A DNA stretch of 63,822 nucleotides, filler included, from Craspedostauros australis (taxonomy: Eukaryota): the NCBI GenBank assembly GCA_030167865.1. It is 9 parts of 9 records of this genome, joined end to end, with 100 filler letters (N's around TTAATTAATTAA, not from the genome) between each part and the next. Parts side by side here need not be neighbours in the genome. Positions count along the whole stretch, not along the records: positions 31,625 to 35,966 come from JALAGF010006350.1; positions 36,067 to 38,518 come from JALAGF010006351.1; positions 38,619 to 41,498 come from JALAGF010006352.1; positions 41,599 to 44,288 come from JALAGF010006354.1; 5 more parts are not named here. The stretch is one strand, 5' to 3'. Of this stretch, positions 32,829 to 44,388 are shown piece after piece (position 1 is the stretch's first letter; each line of letters begins with the position of its first letter). Both the position numbers and the translations under genes were made by a program. The notes beneath the pieces were generated by a model. The model was given only the letters and a program-made list of their open reading frames with translations, did not search any database and was not told the origin of the DNA.

Positions 32829-33282
32829 TTTTGCCCTTGCTTTGTTTGTTGGTGTTTGGTGAAGTTCGATGTTTTGTGAGTTGCGAATTGTGAGTTCGGA
32901 GATGTTGATTTTATGACACAGGGTTGTGATAGGTTGGCAACGGATTTCCATGGACGGCATTGTGTCATAGGTCGTACCATACTATACTCGTACATCGTCC
33001 GCTACCTCGGACCCATGATGCCACTGTCGTTGTTACTGTAGTAGGAGTAATTGCAGTTGTCTTCGTCGCCAATACTCTGGCGGTTGTTGGTGTGGATTGG
33101 CAACGAGTTGGTGATTATCCGATGGCCCGAAAGGTATGCGTCAAACATGATCGACAGGGACAAGGAAGACTGCATGGATGAGAAAAAGCTCTGGACGAGA
33201 CCACCCCTCAGCATCCCATCATTGGGCCGATGTCACGATTTGCATCTCATGTGCATCCTTCAGCGTCTGCTTCCCAATCCGA

Positions 33283-35966
33283 CTGAAACAGACATAGACT
33301 TCGGAAGAATTGATGGGCACAAGTTAATAGAGCCCAAACGTAATGGCTGTTGTCTTGTTGGCTGTTCTTTAGCTGTAGGCAGAGGCTTGACTGGCAAGCG
33401 ATCCGGACNNNNNNNNNNNNNNNNNNNNNNNNNNNNNNNAGAATACTGGTAGATGGTGAAGAAACGTGCGGATTATGAGATTAGTGCTATGGTTCTTCTC
33501 TTCGAGGGGAATCTCCTGTGGTGTCCTGTTTGACAATGCGTGAGGGTTGTGTAGCCCGAGTACTGTGGGTCGAGATCCGTCGTCTGAGTTCTGTGAGAGA
33601 CAATGGGCGATGATGCCCGTTGTTGTGGCTTTGGTTCCGTGCGTCGGCNNNNNNNNNNNNNNNNNNNNNNNNNNNNNNNNNNNNNNNNNNNNNNNNNNNN
33701 NNNNNNNNNNNNNNNNNNNNNNNNNNNNNNNNNNNNNNNNNNNNNNNNNNNNNNNNNNNNNNNNNNNNNNNNNNNNNNNNNNNNNNNNNNNNNNNNNNNN
33801 NNNNNNNNNNNNNNNNNNNNNNNNNNNNNNNNNNNNNNNNNNNNNNNNNNNNNNNNNNNNNNNNNNNNNNNNNNNNNNNNNNNNNTCATCTCACGTCGAA
33901 ACGTGAGTTGACTGAAAGCAAGAAAGCTAATCATAGTGTGGTTTGTTCCGCCGCCCAAGATGGCGGCGAACGGTCTTCATTCGGGCTGTTCGTTGTTGTC
34001 GTAGTAGCCGTGGCGTTGTTGGCGGTTGGCGAGCATGGTTTCCAATGCCTTGTTCAACGAGGAGGTGATGCTGACCTGCTGAACTTGGTTGATATGGTCG
34101 AGCCCTCCGCAGAAGAGGATATCGGCGAGGGTTTGGATGACCATAGGTGTCCTCTCGTCGTTTTGGAGGACGGCCTTGATCTGAGCTGTGGGGTCGGGAG
34201 GCATCTGGAAGATGGATGGTTGCATCATCGTTGGTCCTTGGTTGCTGGACATGATGTATCCGGACCGAAGGCGTCGGGGTGACAGGTATGCTATCGCTGG
34301 TCGGGCCTCCGTTCGGGCTCTCTTGTTAGCATTGCTGATCTCCGGAGTGTCGGGGGTCGATGGTAGGGGATGCTTCGAGGCACGGGGTTGTCGGGTATTG
34401 GCGTTCGCGTACTCATTGTAATTCACGGGTGCCGGGTACGCGGTCGCTATTGGCACGTCATCATCGGTTGGTTCCTCCGGTGGTGTAGGGACCTCTGGTT
34501 GCTCATCCTGGGTTGTGGGGGGCACTGGTTCTGCCGTCTCAGTAGGATCTTCCACGGTCGTGATGGGAGCTCTCTTCGCATTGATGGTCCCACTCGTGGT
34601 TTTCTTGGCGGACCTGGCCTGTATGATCGTCTTGATTCTTGACATTCCCGAGGAAACGGTTGAATCCTCAGATTCATCGAAGAGCCCCTTTCTCTTGGGG
34701 CGGTTGCTTTGCTTGCTGCTGGCTCCAGAGATGGGTCGTCGCGATGCCTGGTTCCGGTTGATTGAGTTATCTTCTGGTCGGAAGATGGACCCAGAATCGT
34801 CACTGTCACCGGGCTCTGGGGCGGACGCGCTATCCACGGAATGGTCGGTTGGGATCACGGGCTTTGGTCGCACCTTGTCGGTGTACCCTTGTCCGTCTCG
34901 CGTGGCCGTCAAAGATCTTGGACGCCGGTGATGGTCGTGAGGATCGCCTGACGGGAGGTCTGGGGTGGCTGATTACCGCTCCACTTGCGATCTCTGCTTC
35001 TACGTCGATCACGCTTCCTGGGTCTTGCGATTCTTGGTCCTCGTCGCGATGCGCCTCTGATTCAGATTCCAGATGGCTGGTTTCTTCTGCGGACATCTTT
35101 TCGTCGAAGTATCCGTCAGGGATCTCGTCCAGGAACCTTCCTTCTGGTGTCTCTCCCTCTTCGAGACTGGGACGGTTGTCTTCGAGGGATGGTATTCCAT
35201 TGACCAACTCGTCATCGTCGGTGGGAGGAAGAGGTTCGTTCGCGAGTGCTTTCTTCTCTCGTGCGAGGTTGATGGCGAGGGTGTTGCTTTGTTTTCGGAC
35301 CATTCGTGCCTTCCTTGCGCGTGCGAGGATGATCGGGATCCGGTTCTTCCTCACCTTGAAAAAGTGGCANNNNNNNNNNNNNNNNNNNNNNNNNNNNNNN
35401 NNNNNNNNNNNNNNNNNNNNNNNNNNNNNNNNNNNNNNNNNNNNNNNNNNNNNNNNNNNNNNNNNNNNNNNNNNNNNNNNNNNNNNNNNNNNNNNNNNNN
35501 NNNNNNCAGGTATTCGGAGAGGGTGAGAGGGTAGATGGATTGTTTCTCCACGTGGGAAACACGGCCGGCTGGTGTGTTATCGTTTCCCTTTGTGCAGAAG
35601 ATTCGGACTCTGCGGCCACTGTATCCGACGACGATTCCTTGGAAGGGTCCCTTCTTTCCTGCGGGATATAGCACCCTGGATCCGGGGACGGGGCATTGAA
35701 TGTCATCGTAGAACGGGGTGTACTTTGGGAATGTCATCTTGCGTGTCCTCGTCTGGAATGGGGAGAGGTTGTATCCGGGGTCCTGGTTGTGGCGGCTCCG
35801 TTTTTGTGGTGAGAGCATGTTCATGTCGCGGAATGCGATAGAGGGTGCGGTTGCGTTTCGTGCCAGGTCTTCTTGGAGGTCAGCAATCAACATGTCACAC
35901 CTGTACGTTTCGTGCTCAGGTGTGACGAAAACCCGAGGTGTCAGGCCCGTGTGGAAGGAAGTTTCA
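33283..35966 (-). mobile_element. Partial retroelement: family-B LTR-like end (33283-~33600) downstream of long low-complexity ORFs (35893-33977)
   Basis: The reverse complement of 33283-33600 matches ~55480-55777 (CCCACAGTACTC-GGCTA, CACAGGAGAT, GAGAAGAACCATAGCA, CTCATAATC) and ends in CA at the equivalent position. The ORFs show no gag or pol motifs. Confidence 0.5.
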
Positions 35967-36265
35967 NNNNNNNNNNNNNNNNNNNNNNNNNNNNNNNNNN
36001 NNNNNNNNNNTTAATTAATTAANNNNNNNNNNNNNNNNNNNNNNNNNNNNNNNNNNNNNNNNNNNNAACGTCGCCTCTCAGTTCACCCACAAACACCAGC
36101 CGGAGGGAACGCCCACACCAAGCCTGGCTGAGTCGAGTTGAGCTGACGGAAAGGTGTCGGAAGATCACCAACTGCCACTGTCATTGCCGTCGTTGTCGCC
36201 ATTGCCGTCAGTAATCCATATAGTACACGTGATACCTGGACTACTACATCCACGAAGGCACAGAG

Positions 36266-37450
36266 ATGAAGCAGAAGCAGAAGCAGCGGGCATCAACGAG
36301 AAGATATTCCTGCGGGAGGGTTATTCTGGCGATCGGGGTCGTGCTATCCGTCGCCCAGCTCTTGGCCCACATCAAAACCACCCCGGTGAGTTTCGTCGGA
36401 TATGACATATCCGCTGCAAGCAATACGGAGAGCGAGCCCAAGGATGACCTTGAGCAGTATTTCAAGTTGGCGTACGATGAGTCCTACGGCGTGCTGGATG
36501 GCATCCCCAATGACAAATGGAAACAAGCACAGTCCTGGGCTCGAAGCTTTGGCTTCCACAAGTACGCGCACGATCCAGCTCACTTGCTCACCAAAGGACT
36601 GGGCTTCTGGTTCTTCGTCAACTACGACCCCTACTTCGCATGCCCGTACAGCAAACGAATCGGCGGGTTGGGAGATGGCCCCAAATGGACTTGCAACCTG
36701 GATCGTCTCAAGGACATCGGTNNNNNNNNNNNNNNNNNNNNNNNNNNNNNNNNNNNNNNNNNNNNNNNNNNNNNNNNNNNNNNNNNNNNNNNNNNNNNNN
36801 NNNNNNNCACAGCTGAGTACGATGCATCGAAGTACGGCTGCCTCGTCTACTCCATCGGAAGCGAAGGGAACTACCTCTTCGAGGATGCCATTCAAGCACA
36901 GCTTGGCAGGGAGGCGTGCGAAATCCACGTGTTCGATTATTCAGGTAACTTCGAGCGCAAGGTGAATGCTAAGATGAACATCCACTTCCATCAGTGGGGA
37001 TACAAGGGATCCAAGACCCAAGACGCCGACCTCCCAGCCGGCAAGGCTCACATGTTCACCGATCTGTTCGAGATCATCAAACGGTTGGGACACCAGGACC
37101 GAGTCATCGATCTCTTCAAGATCGACTGCGAGGGTTGCGAGTACGTCTCGTACGAAGACTTCACCAAGTACGAGAAGATTAGGCAGATTCTGATCGAGGT
37201 CCATGCCCCGCCAGGCTTCGACAATGGAAAAGAGGGTGAAGTTGTCAAGGACATCAAGGACAGCGAGGTCCTGAAGGCGCAAACAGAATCGCCCACGAGA
37301 AGAGAAACCAAGGTGCTGGTCAACTTCTTTGATTCTTTTGCTCAGAATAATCTCATCATGTTCTCGAAGGAACCCAATCCATGGTGCAGAGGATCATGCC
37401 TGGAGTACTCCTTCATCCGTCTCAAACCATCGTTCCTCAATCCCAACTGA
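36266..37450 (+). CDS. Methyltransf_22 / METTL24-like SAM-dependent methyltransferase, type II membrane anchor (contains an N gap)
   Basis: RIGGLGDGPKWTC, CLVYSIGSEGNYLFE, CEIHVFD, IDLFKIDCEGCEY, RQILIEVH and MFSKEPN motifs, plus an N-terminal TM helix. Confidence 0.85.
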   Translation: MKQKQKQRASTRRYSCGRVILAIGVVLSVAQLLAHIKTTPVSFVGYDISAASNTESEPKDDLEQYFKLAYDESYGVLDGIPNDKWKQAQSWARSFGFHKYAHDPAHLLTKGLGFWFFVNYDPYFACPYSKRIGGLGDGPKWTCNLDRLKDIGXXXXXXXXXXXXXXXXXXXXXXXXXXXXXTAEYDASKYGCLVYSIGSEGNYLFEDAIQAQLGREACEIHVFDYSGNFERKVNAKMNIHFHQWGYKGSKTQDADLPAGKAHMFTDLFEIIKRLGHQDRVIDLFKIDCEGCEYVSYEDFTKYEKIRQILIEVHAPPGFDNGKEGEVVKDIKDSEVLKAQTESPTRRETKVLVNFFDSFAQNNLIMFSKEPNPWCRGSCLEYSFIRLKPSFLNPN

Positions 37451-37599
37451 ACCATCCACAGCAGCCATGGACCTCAGGTCGATAATATCTTTGTGACTAT
37501 AGTCAATACTTTGTATAATATTCTATATATAAATAAATAGCTCAAGGATTAAACCCTCTTATGAGGCTGCGCCGGTGGCGCTTTTCTCCGCCTCCTTTA

Positions 37600-38195
37600 A
37601 ACTTCGTGCGTGGCACGAAGGGAGCACGGAATCTATGGATTCGTCATATATTGTTTGTGTATATCTCGTTCTTGATGCTGCAGCTGTCTGTGTCTTTGCA
37701 CTGGTTATGCAGGTGCTGGGCGGTCGCGTCGCCGACACTGAAGCCACTTGAACAGGGCGCCAGAGGCGGCCGGTTCTTGCAGCACTCTTGCGGCTTGCTC
37801 CACCGACACTGCTACCTGCGCAGTGAACGCATCCGGGGCCGGAGCCGTTCGTAGTATGCGTCCATGCGTGGCGCTATCTTGCTCGAGGCGAAAACGGAGT
37901 GACTCTGCTCTATTTCGAAGATCTTGAATCATCCCGGTTTCGGCCGAGTCTTGACTGTTGAACATATCGTCGTTGCGTGCTGCCCACTGATCCCATGCGA
38001 TGTGCCATTGCGCCGTATCAGTTGTCTGGTCCACTTCGCAGCGGACTTCCGAGACCGTGCCTGCCGCAAATACTCCCCTTGCATCCGCTCCCAATTTCCA
38101 ACAACGAGGCCTTTCCGGAGAGCTTGCGCCCCGGCGGCCAGCTGCTGTTGCATTGCTTCATGAAGCTCTCTGTTGGCAAGTTCCGCTCACGGTAA
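37600..38195 (-). mobile_element. 5'-truncated non-LTR (LINE-like) retrotransposon 3' end, frameshifted
   Basis: GLVVGNWERMQGEYLRQARSRKSAAKWTRQLI continues after a frameshift into WHIAWDQWAARN, the Trp-rich W..Q..Y...W...LI...W...W..RN tail of diatom non-LTR ORFs. Confidence 0.6.
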
Positions 38196-38618
38196 CCTAC
38201 GATCGTGGAAGATGGTGTTGGTTGATAGTCGTTCGTTTGCTATTTCATTACTTGGCTACTCCGATCCTCTTGGTGTACGCCCGTTCTCTTGCCCGATGCT
38301 CTCGGCACTTCAATCTGTTTTGTAGATTCGGTCTCCGACTATGAGTCGGTACGTGAGATGCTCTCTCGCTCCTCTCTGTATTCTCTCTCTCTCTCTCAAC
38401 ATCGTGTGCTCATGCTACACGATACTCCGTGTTTGATGCGTACTCCGCATTCGACACTCCATTCGTTCAGTACTGGCTCCTACTCCATGAGTACTTACCA
38501 TTTGAAGTTCACCTTCAGNNNNNNNNNNNNNNNNNNNNNNNNNNNNNNNNNNNNNNNNNNNNTTAATTAATTAANNNNNNNNNNNNNNNNNNNNNNNNNN
38601 NNNNNNNNNNNNNNNNNN

Positions 38619-39714
38619 TCAGGCATTTATGTTGGCGTTGAATAAACCATTCGTGGAGTTTTGGATTCTGTGCCTGGACTTGGCTCAACTTCTGATCTGC
38701 ATAATTCTCATTGCAGGCATACACAGCTGACTTGAGGAGCTTGTGCTGTCTTGAGGTCATTGTCAGCTGCTTGTTGGATGAAACATTCTTNNNNNNNNNN
38801 NNNNNNNNNNNNNNNNNNNNNNNNNNNNNNNNNNNNNNNNNNNNNNNNNNNNNNNNNNNNNNNNNNNNNNNNNNNNNNNNNNNNNNNNNNNNNNNNNNNN
38901 NNNNNNNNNNNNNNNNCCTCACATGATCGAGGAACCATTTCCAGTTGCTTGCTGTTTCAACAGGGAGAATGCCAAATGCAAGAATGACGAGTTGGCGTGA
39001 AGCATCATAAGCGGTCAGGAGGCACATGTAACCCTTCACTGCAGATCAAAGGTGAGTGGCATCCACACACACCATACCATCAAAATGAGAGAATGTCTTG
39101 ATGCTTCCACCAGGTGCACAAAAGATGCGGCGCAATTGCATTCCATCATCACCATTGATGTCACCTTGGACTGGACCAATGTCAACTTTGTATGCTCCTC
39201 CACTGTCTTTCTCAGCCACAGCACCGATGTAGGACCGAATCAACTTGCACTCAGCCAAGTGCTTCTCAATTGTAACTCCTTTGTCCCTGATGATTTTGTA
39301 GAGCTGCCCCTTTTTGACCGTGATGGACAATTCGTTCTTGATCATGTTGCCCAGTTGCTGACATCCACCTGCAGCAGGAACTTGATACTTCCCAATGATG
39401 TCAGTCATCTCGTCCAAGACGGCAGTTTTGTAGCTTTTCTTGCGGGTGCATGTGCCCTGACAAGCATGGCCAACGAAGTGCGTGATGCGGACNCCTTTGC
39501 CATTCNNCAAGAGACGAGCACGGCAGTCGAAGGGACAGTCAGTAGAAACAGAGCACANGAGCTTGATTGCATCGCCTGACCTCTTCTTTTGAATGTATCC
39601 GGCACCAACAGACAAGCTGTGCGACAACACAGCCGCACAAACATGAATGAAGTCCACTCCTTCCTTTTCCGCTCCCTTTGCAAGGGTAATGAATGATTTG
39701 CTGTTGCTGGACAT
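38619..39714 (-). mobile_element. Mutator-like (MULE) transposase pseudogene, partial
   Basis: N-terminal Zn-finger-like CSVSTDCPFDCRAR..HAC, then CVDATHL*SAVKGYMCLLTAYDASRQLVILAFGILPVETASNWKWFL (MULE DDE core). In-frame TGA at 39046-39048. Confidence 0.85.
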
Positions 39715-41598
39715 GCTGGTTGAACAGTTTGATGCGATTGTTGTGTTTGCTACGTTGAATGTGATTTATGTTATGGCTCGGCAGCCTGTTGTTTTGCATG
39801 CTCAGATGAATGCAGTACATTTGTATGGAGCCACTCGATGATACATTTGGTCAGCACAGGATCCACGACGCAAAGAATCGGAGCAAACGGATGGATGATG
39901 CGCATATCTACGACTAAAGTAGGCATTAATTCCCTTCATTGCATGTCACATATTTGGATGGACTATTTACTTGCATTCTATGATGAGTGTGTCATATTTA
40001 TGAGATGTGGTTTGTCTTTTTCGTGCATGTTACAGGTAGTCTACATTTATGCGCTAACCTTGGAAGTCGATGCGAAACCTCTCTGTCGATAGGATGTCGC
40101 ATCGACATTTGGACGTTTTGATACTTTAAGTCACAAAAAACAGGCTGGTTGATGCAAATCGGCACTTCAAAAGGGCTGGTTAATGAATTTCCTCGTTTTT
40201 TTGTGTCGTGAATGGTGTGCGTCGTGGAGCCATCGCGTTGTGGAGCCGTCACATTGTGTCGTGCTGCTCTGGTCCAAAAAATTCCAGCCGAACCACACAC
40301 AAAAGACGCTCCAAGGCCTCAACTGCGTCGATCGGAGCGCCAGCACAATCGGTGTGTGTTGCACAAACCAATCGAATGGCAAAGGCTCCTCTTTGTTGGT
40401 ACCGCACTCGTACATCTGTACTACATCATACCATGCCAGTACTCCACTTCCTTTTCATCACACATGTGCAACCCTCGCGATCTTTGCTGCCATCAAGTCC
40501 ACGCGTCTGCAATCGTCACTGGAGCACCAACGATGCATCCTCTGCATTCATCTCTGCTCGTGTTGGAACATGACGAATATTCAGATTCGTGTATGACCCG
40601 GTAGGGGTCACAGTTGCGCAAATGACTGCTCACACATATTTGTTTGTCCAGAACTCCTTCTCACGATCAAATGTTCCAAACCCGAAAACGGAAATTTACA
40701 GCAGAATCCTCGAGAGCGAGTTTTAGGGTCAAACGAGTCGCGTAGCTCGTATTGGTCAAAGATTCTGTGACCGTACAGTCATAAGCAACCAAGGTAGAGT
40801 GTTTGTGGCTGAAACAACACAAAGGGAAAAAACGAACAGAGCATGTGTCTTTGTTGGATTCATGGCATGCGGTCACAATCTGGTTCACAACAAGGAGTGT
40901 ATCAGCAATACACCAACANNNNNNNNNNNNNNNNNNNNNNNNNNNNNNNNNNNNNNNNNNNNNNNNNNNNNNNNNNNNNNNNNNNNNNNNNNNNNNNNNN
41001 NNNNNNNNNNNNNNNNNNNNNNNNNNNNNATTTGGAACCAGTGACGGCAGGAGCGACGGCTCGCAGAAGTCAGGTCACTTGGGAGCTCAACGGACTCACG
41101 GATTGATCATCCAAGTGAGGGTGTCCAGCAGCGGCAGTACCGACTGACCACCACACAGCATGGCGATCACACTGACCCAGATCTTCACCTGGTTGGGGTT
41201 TGACTCGATTCCCCACCGCAACATCGTNNNNNNNNNNNNNNNNNNNNNNNNNNNNNNNNNNNNNNNNNNNNNNNNNNGAATACACACCATACAATGCTCG
41301 TATGCTATACTATGCTATGTTGTGATGTGCTAGTGCAGCTCCTATAATACGTTACATGCGACTATGTATTGTGCCCATTGCACCTGCTGTACCTTTCTTG
41401 TGTAATCTATCTATTCCACCACAGTTCGGAGGCATCCAGATGATGAACGTTGGTGATCTTCTTCAGGCAAATCATGTTGTTGCGCTTGGTATCGTACGNN
41501 NNNNNNNNNNNNNNNNNNNNNNNNNNNNNNNNNNNNNNNNNNTTAATTAATTAANNNNNNNNNNNNNNNNNNNNNNNNNNNNNNNNNNNNNNNNNNNN

Positions 41599-44288
41599 CT
41601 CCCATTGTACCTTCACGTTGTAGGAGGAGCCGTTGTACTTGCTGTGACTGGAGTGGAATGGACCTTCATGACCGGTGATGGCCTTGAAAACGCACATCTC
41701 CCCGTCGCCAATCTCCTGTTCGTGCTGTTACTCAATGATGTCGGCCAGATCCGTGTACGCAATGAGCTCTTCGGTGTCGTCGTCGCCGTATGCGATGAGC
41801 ATCTTGATATTGTCATGGTTGGCTGCGTCTCCGTCCTTGATCTTGCGGATCACTCGAGCTCTCCACTTGAGTCCATCCTGTTGGTGGAGGAAGGTCAATC
41901 CGAGCANCTCATCAGGACTGAANTTGGGGACTTTGACTACACCTGGATCTGATTCTCCATGTGATGTGGCTACCAGGTCAGATAGTGCATGCACAACGGG
42001 TTGTCTAGCTTTAGGTGTGCTGTCACTGTCGAAATCTTCTGGATTTTTGGTTTCGCTAGCTTCGTCACCCATGTCACCATCCTCCCCAGAATCAGGCAGG
42101 GGGTAGTCTGCCCGTAGGTTTTGCGCGTCATCAGACACACGTCGGATGCTCGAGCGTGGCAACAGCCGTTGCGTTGCGTCATCTAGAACCCAGAACGTCA
42201 GTTCATCACCCTTGTGCTCGCATGGTCCAGCCCAGCGTCCACGCCGTTCCTGCGTGGTGCCTGGGAAGGCAGCGTTCCCAACCTTGTAGTACACTGGCTC
42301 CCACCAATGGAAGCTGAGGTACTTGCTCACGTCGGGACGTTGGCCTGTGGCGGCTTGGATGGGCGTGATGTGACCGGCCGTGGACTGTGACAGATGGTTG
42401 AACAGTCCCACGACGTACAAGGTGCAGATGAGCCAGAACCTGGCAGGAGTGCCAGTTCTGTCCATGATGCCGTTGGTGGTGCGCTTCACATCCTGGATGC
42501 GTCGCTCGACAGGATTCTGATGTTGGTGATGTGGTTCGGACTGGTGGTCTGCGACGCAGTACTGCCGGAGGATGTCCTTCATCTTGCCTCCGATCTGTGC
42601 CGTGGCGTTGTCGGACATCAACACGTCCATGGCACCATGCTCCCGAATGAAGTCCTGCACAACATGGGGAACATGGGGTTCGCTTGCCAGAGGGTACGCC
42701 GCTGTGAGGCGCGTGTTGGATCCTACAAACACCTGCACCATGGTACATCCACCGTGTCCGGGGACTCCATCATGATGAGCAGGCGTGTCAGAGAACAACG
42801 TGTCCATGGAAACAACATCGTGNNNNNNNNNNNNNNNNNNNNNNNNNNNNNNNNNNNNNNNNNNNNNNNNNNNNNNNNNNNNNNNNNNNNNNNNNNNNNN
42901 NTGGGTAGTACATGCAAGAGTGTCACGCACGCGGTCTGCTGGAATCCACCCGAAGTACGGCCGTAGCGCATGGAAGTTGGGCGCTTTACCCACGATGTTG
43001 CGTGGCCCAGCCTTGATTGCCTTCTCCCCATCCCCGATCGTTGCAGCGGATTGAACGTACTGAACGCACTTGGAGATGGTGATGTCGATGTCGNNNNNNN
43101 NNNNNNNNNNNNNNNNNNNNNNNNNNNNNNNNNNNNNNNNNNNNNNNNNNNNNNNNNNNNNNNNNNNNNNNNNNNNNNNNNNNNNNNNNNNNNNNNNNNN
43201 NNNNNNNNNNNNNNNNNNNNNNNNNNNNNNNNNNNNNNNNNNNNNNNNNNNNNNNNNNNNNNNNNNNNNNTGGCAGATCGTCTAGCTCTGCTTGAGTTGG
43301 CTTGTGCATGTCCATGTATGCGAGGCCTTGACGCACGGTGAGCGGGATGATGAACCCGTCTGGCGTGACGATGGTCTGCCGACCGCCAGGGAGACCCTTG
43401 GGTCTATCGTTGACATCCAATCCAAACGCCGCGAGTTGATTGGCAGAATGGATGGTGCGTCCTCTCCCGTAGTTGGCGTATTGATGGAACCAACCGATCA
43501 CCGGTCCTGAGGTGGTCTGGATGACAGCGGTGGCCGTGACCAGCGCCAGATCCTTGATCTCTGCGTCACCNNNNNNNNNNNNNNNNNNNNNNNNNNNNNN
43601 NNNNNNNNNNNNNNNNNNNNNNNNNNNNNNNNNNNNNNNNNNNNNNNNNNNNNNNNNNNNNNNNNNNNNNNNNNNNNNNNNNNNNNNNNNNNNNNNNNNN
43701 NNNNNNNNNNNNNNNNNNNNNNNNNNNNNNNNNNNNNNNNNNNNGAGGGTAGTCGGCGGGCTCCCGGACGCGCTAGACATGGCACTGGAAAGCATACGGT
43801 TGATTGCTGTTCCAGCGGTAGAACTAGATTTGTTATTGTTACTACCTTTGTCGTTGGTCTGGGTGTCCTGTTGGCCGTTCTGGTTGGATGTGGATCCACT
43901 ACGGTTGGTGTTGTTGGCAGAACGCCTAGGCTTGTCCTTCTTACCACGTCCAGACTTGGCTCGCCGGGCTTGGAGGAAGTCGCTGCGTTGCTTGTCAGTC
44001 AGCTTNNNNNNNNNNNNNNNNNNNNNNNNNNNNNNNNNNNNNNNNNNNNNNNNNNNNNNNNNNNNNNNNNNNNNNNNNNNNNNNNNNNNNNNNNNNNNNN
44101 NNNNNNNNNNNNNNNNNNNNNNNNNNNCTTGCCGTGGCGTCTTTGGCTTGTTGGCGTCGTGGCCATCGAGTTGGACAGCGTACGATCGAACGAGCTCAAC
44201 GAGAGTATCGAACTCCATGGTGGTTGCGGTCTTGCCGGGTGAGTAGGCCAGAATTGCGGTCTGCAGGTAGTCAGTCTGGAAGATAGAC
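41599..44288 (-). mobile_element. Ty1/copia (diatom CoDi-like) gag-pol fragment: Gag C-terminus, protease region, integrase
   Basis: Integrase VSMDTLFSDTPA...LMSDNA...SEPHHQHQNPVERRIQDVK, and GRWAGPCEHKGDELTFWVL. Upstream TAVIQTTSGPVIGWFHQYA..GRTIHS and LTVRQGLAYMDMHKPT are typical CoDi-type motifs. Confidence 0.88.
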
Positions 44289-44388
44289 NNNNNNNNNNNN
44301 NNNNNNNNNNNNNNNNNNNNNNNNNNNNNNNNTTAATTAATTAANNNNNNNNNNNNNNNNNNNNNNNNNNNNNNNNNNNNNNNNNNNN

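Noticed and set aside
41030..41498. Possible additional LTR (minus strand starting TGTGGTGG near 41423)
   Set aside because: Single gappy copy with no TSD or partner in the window.
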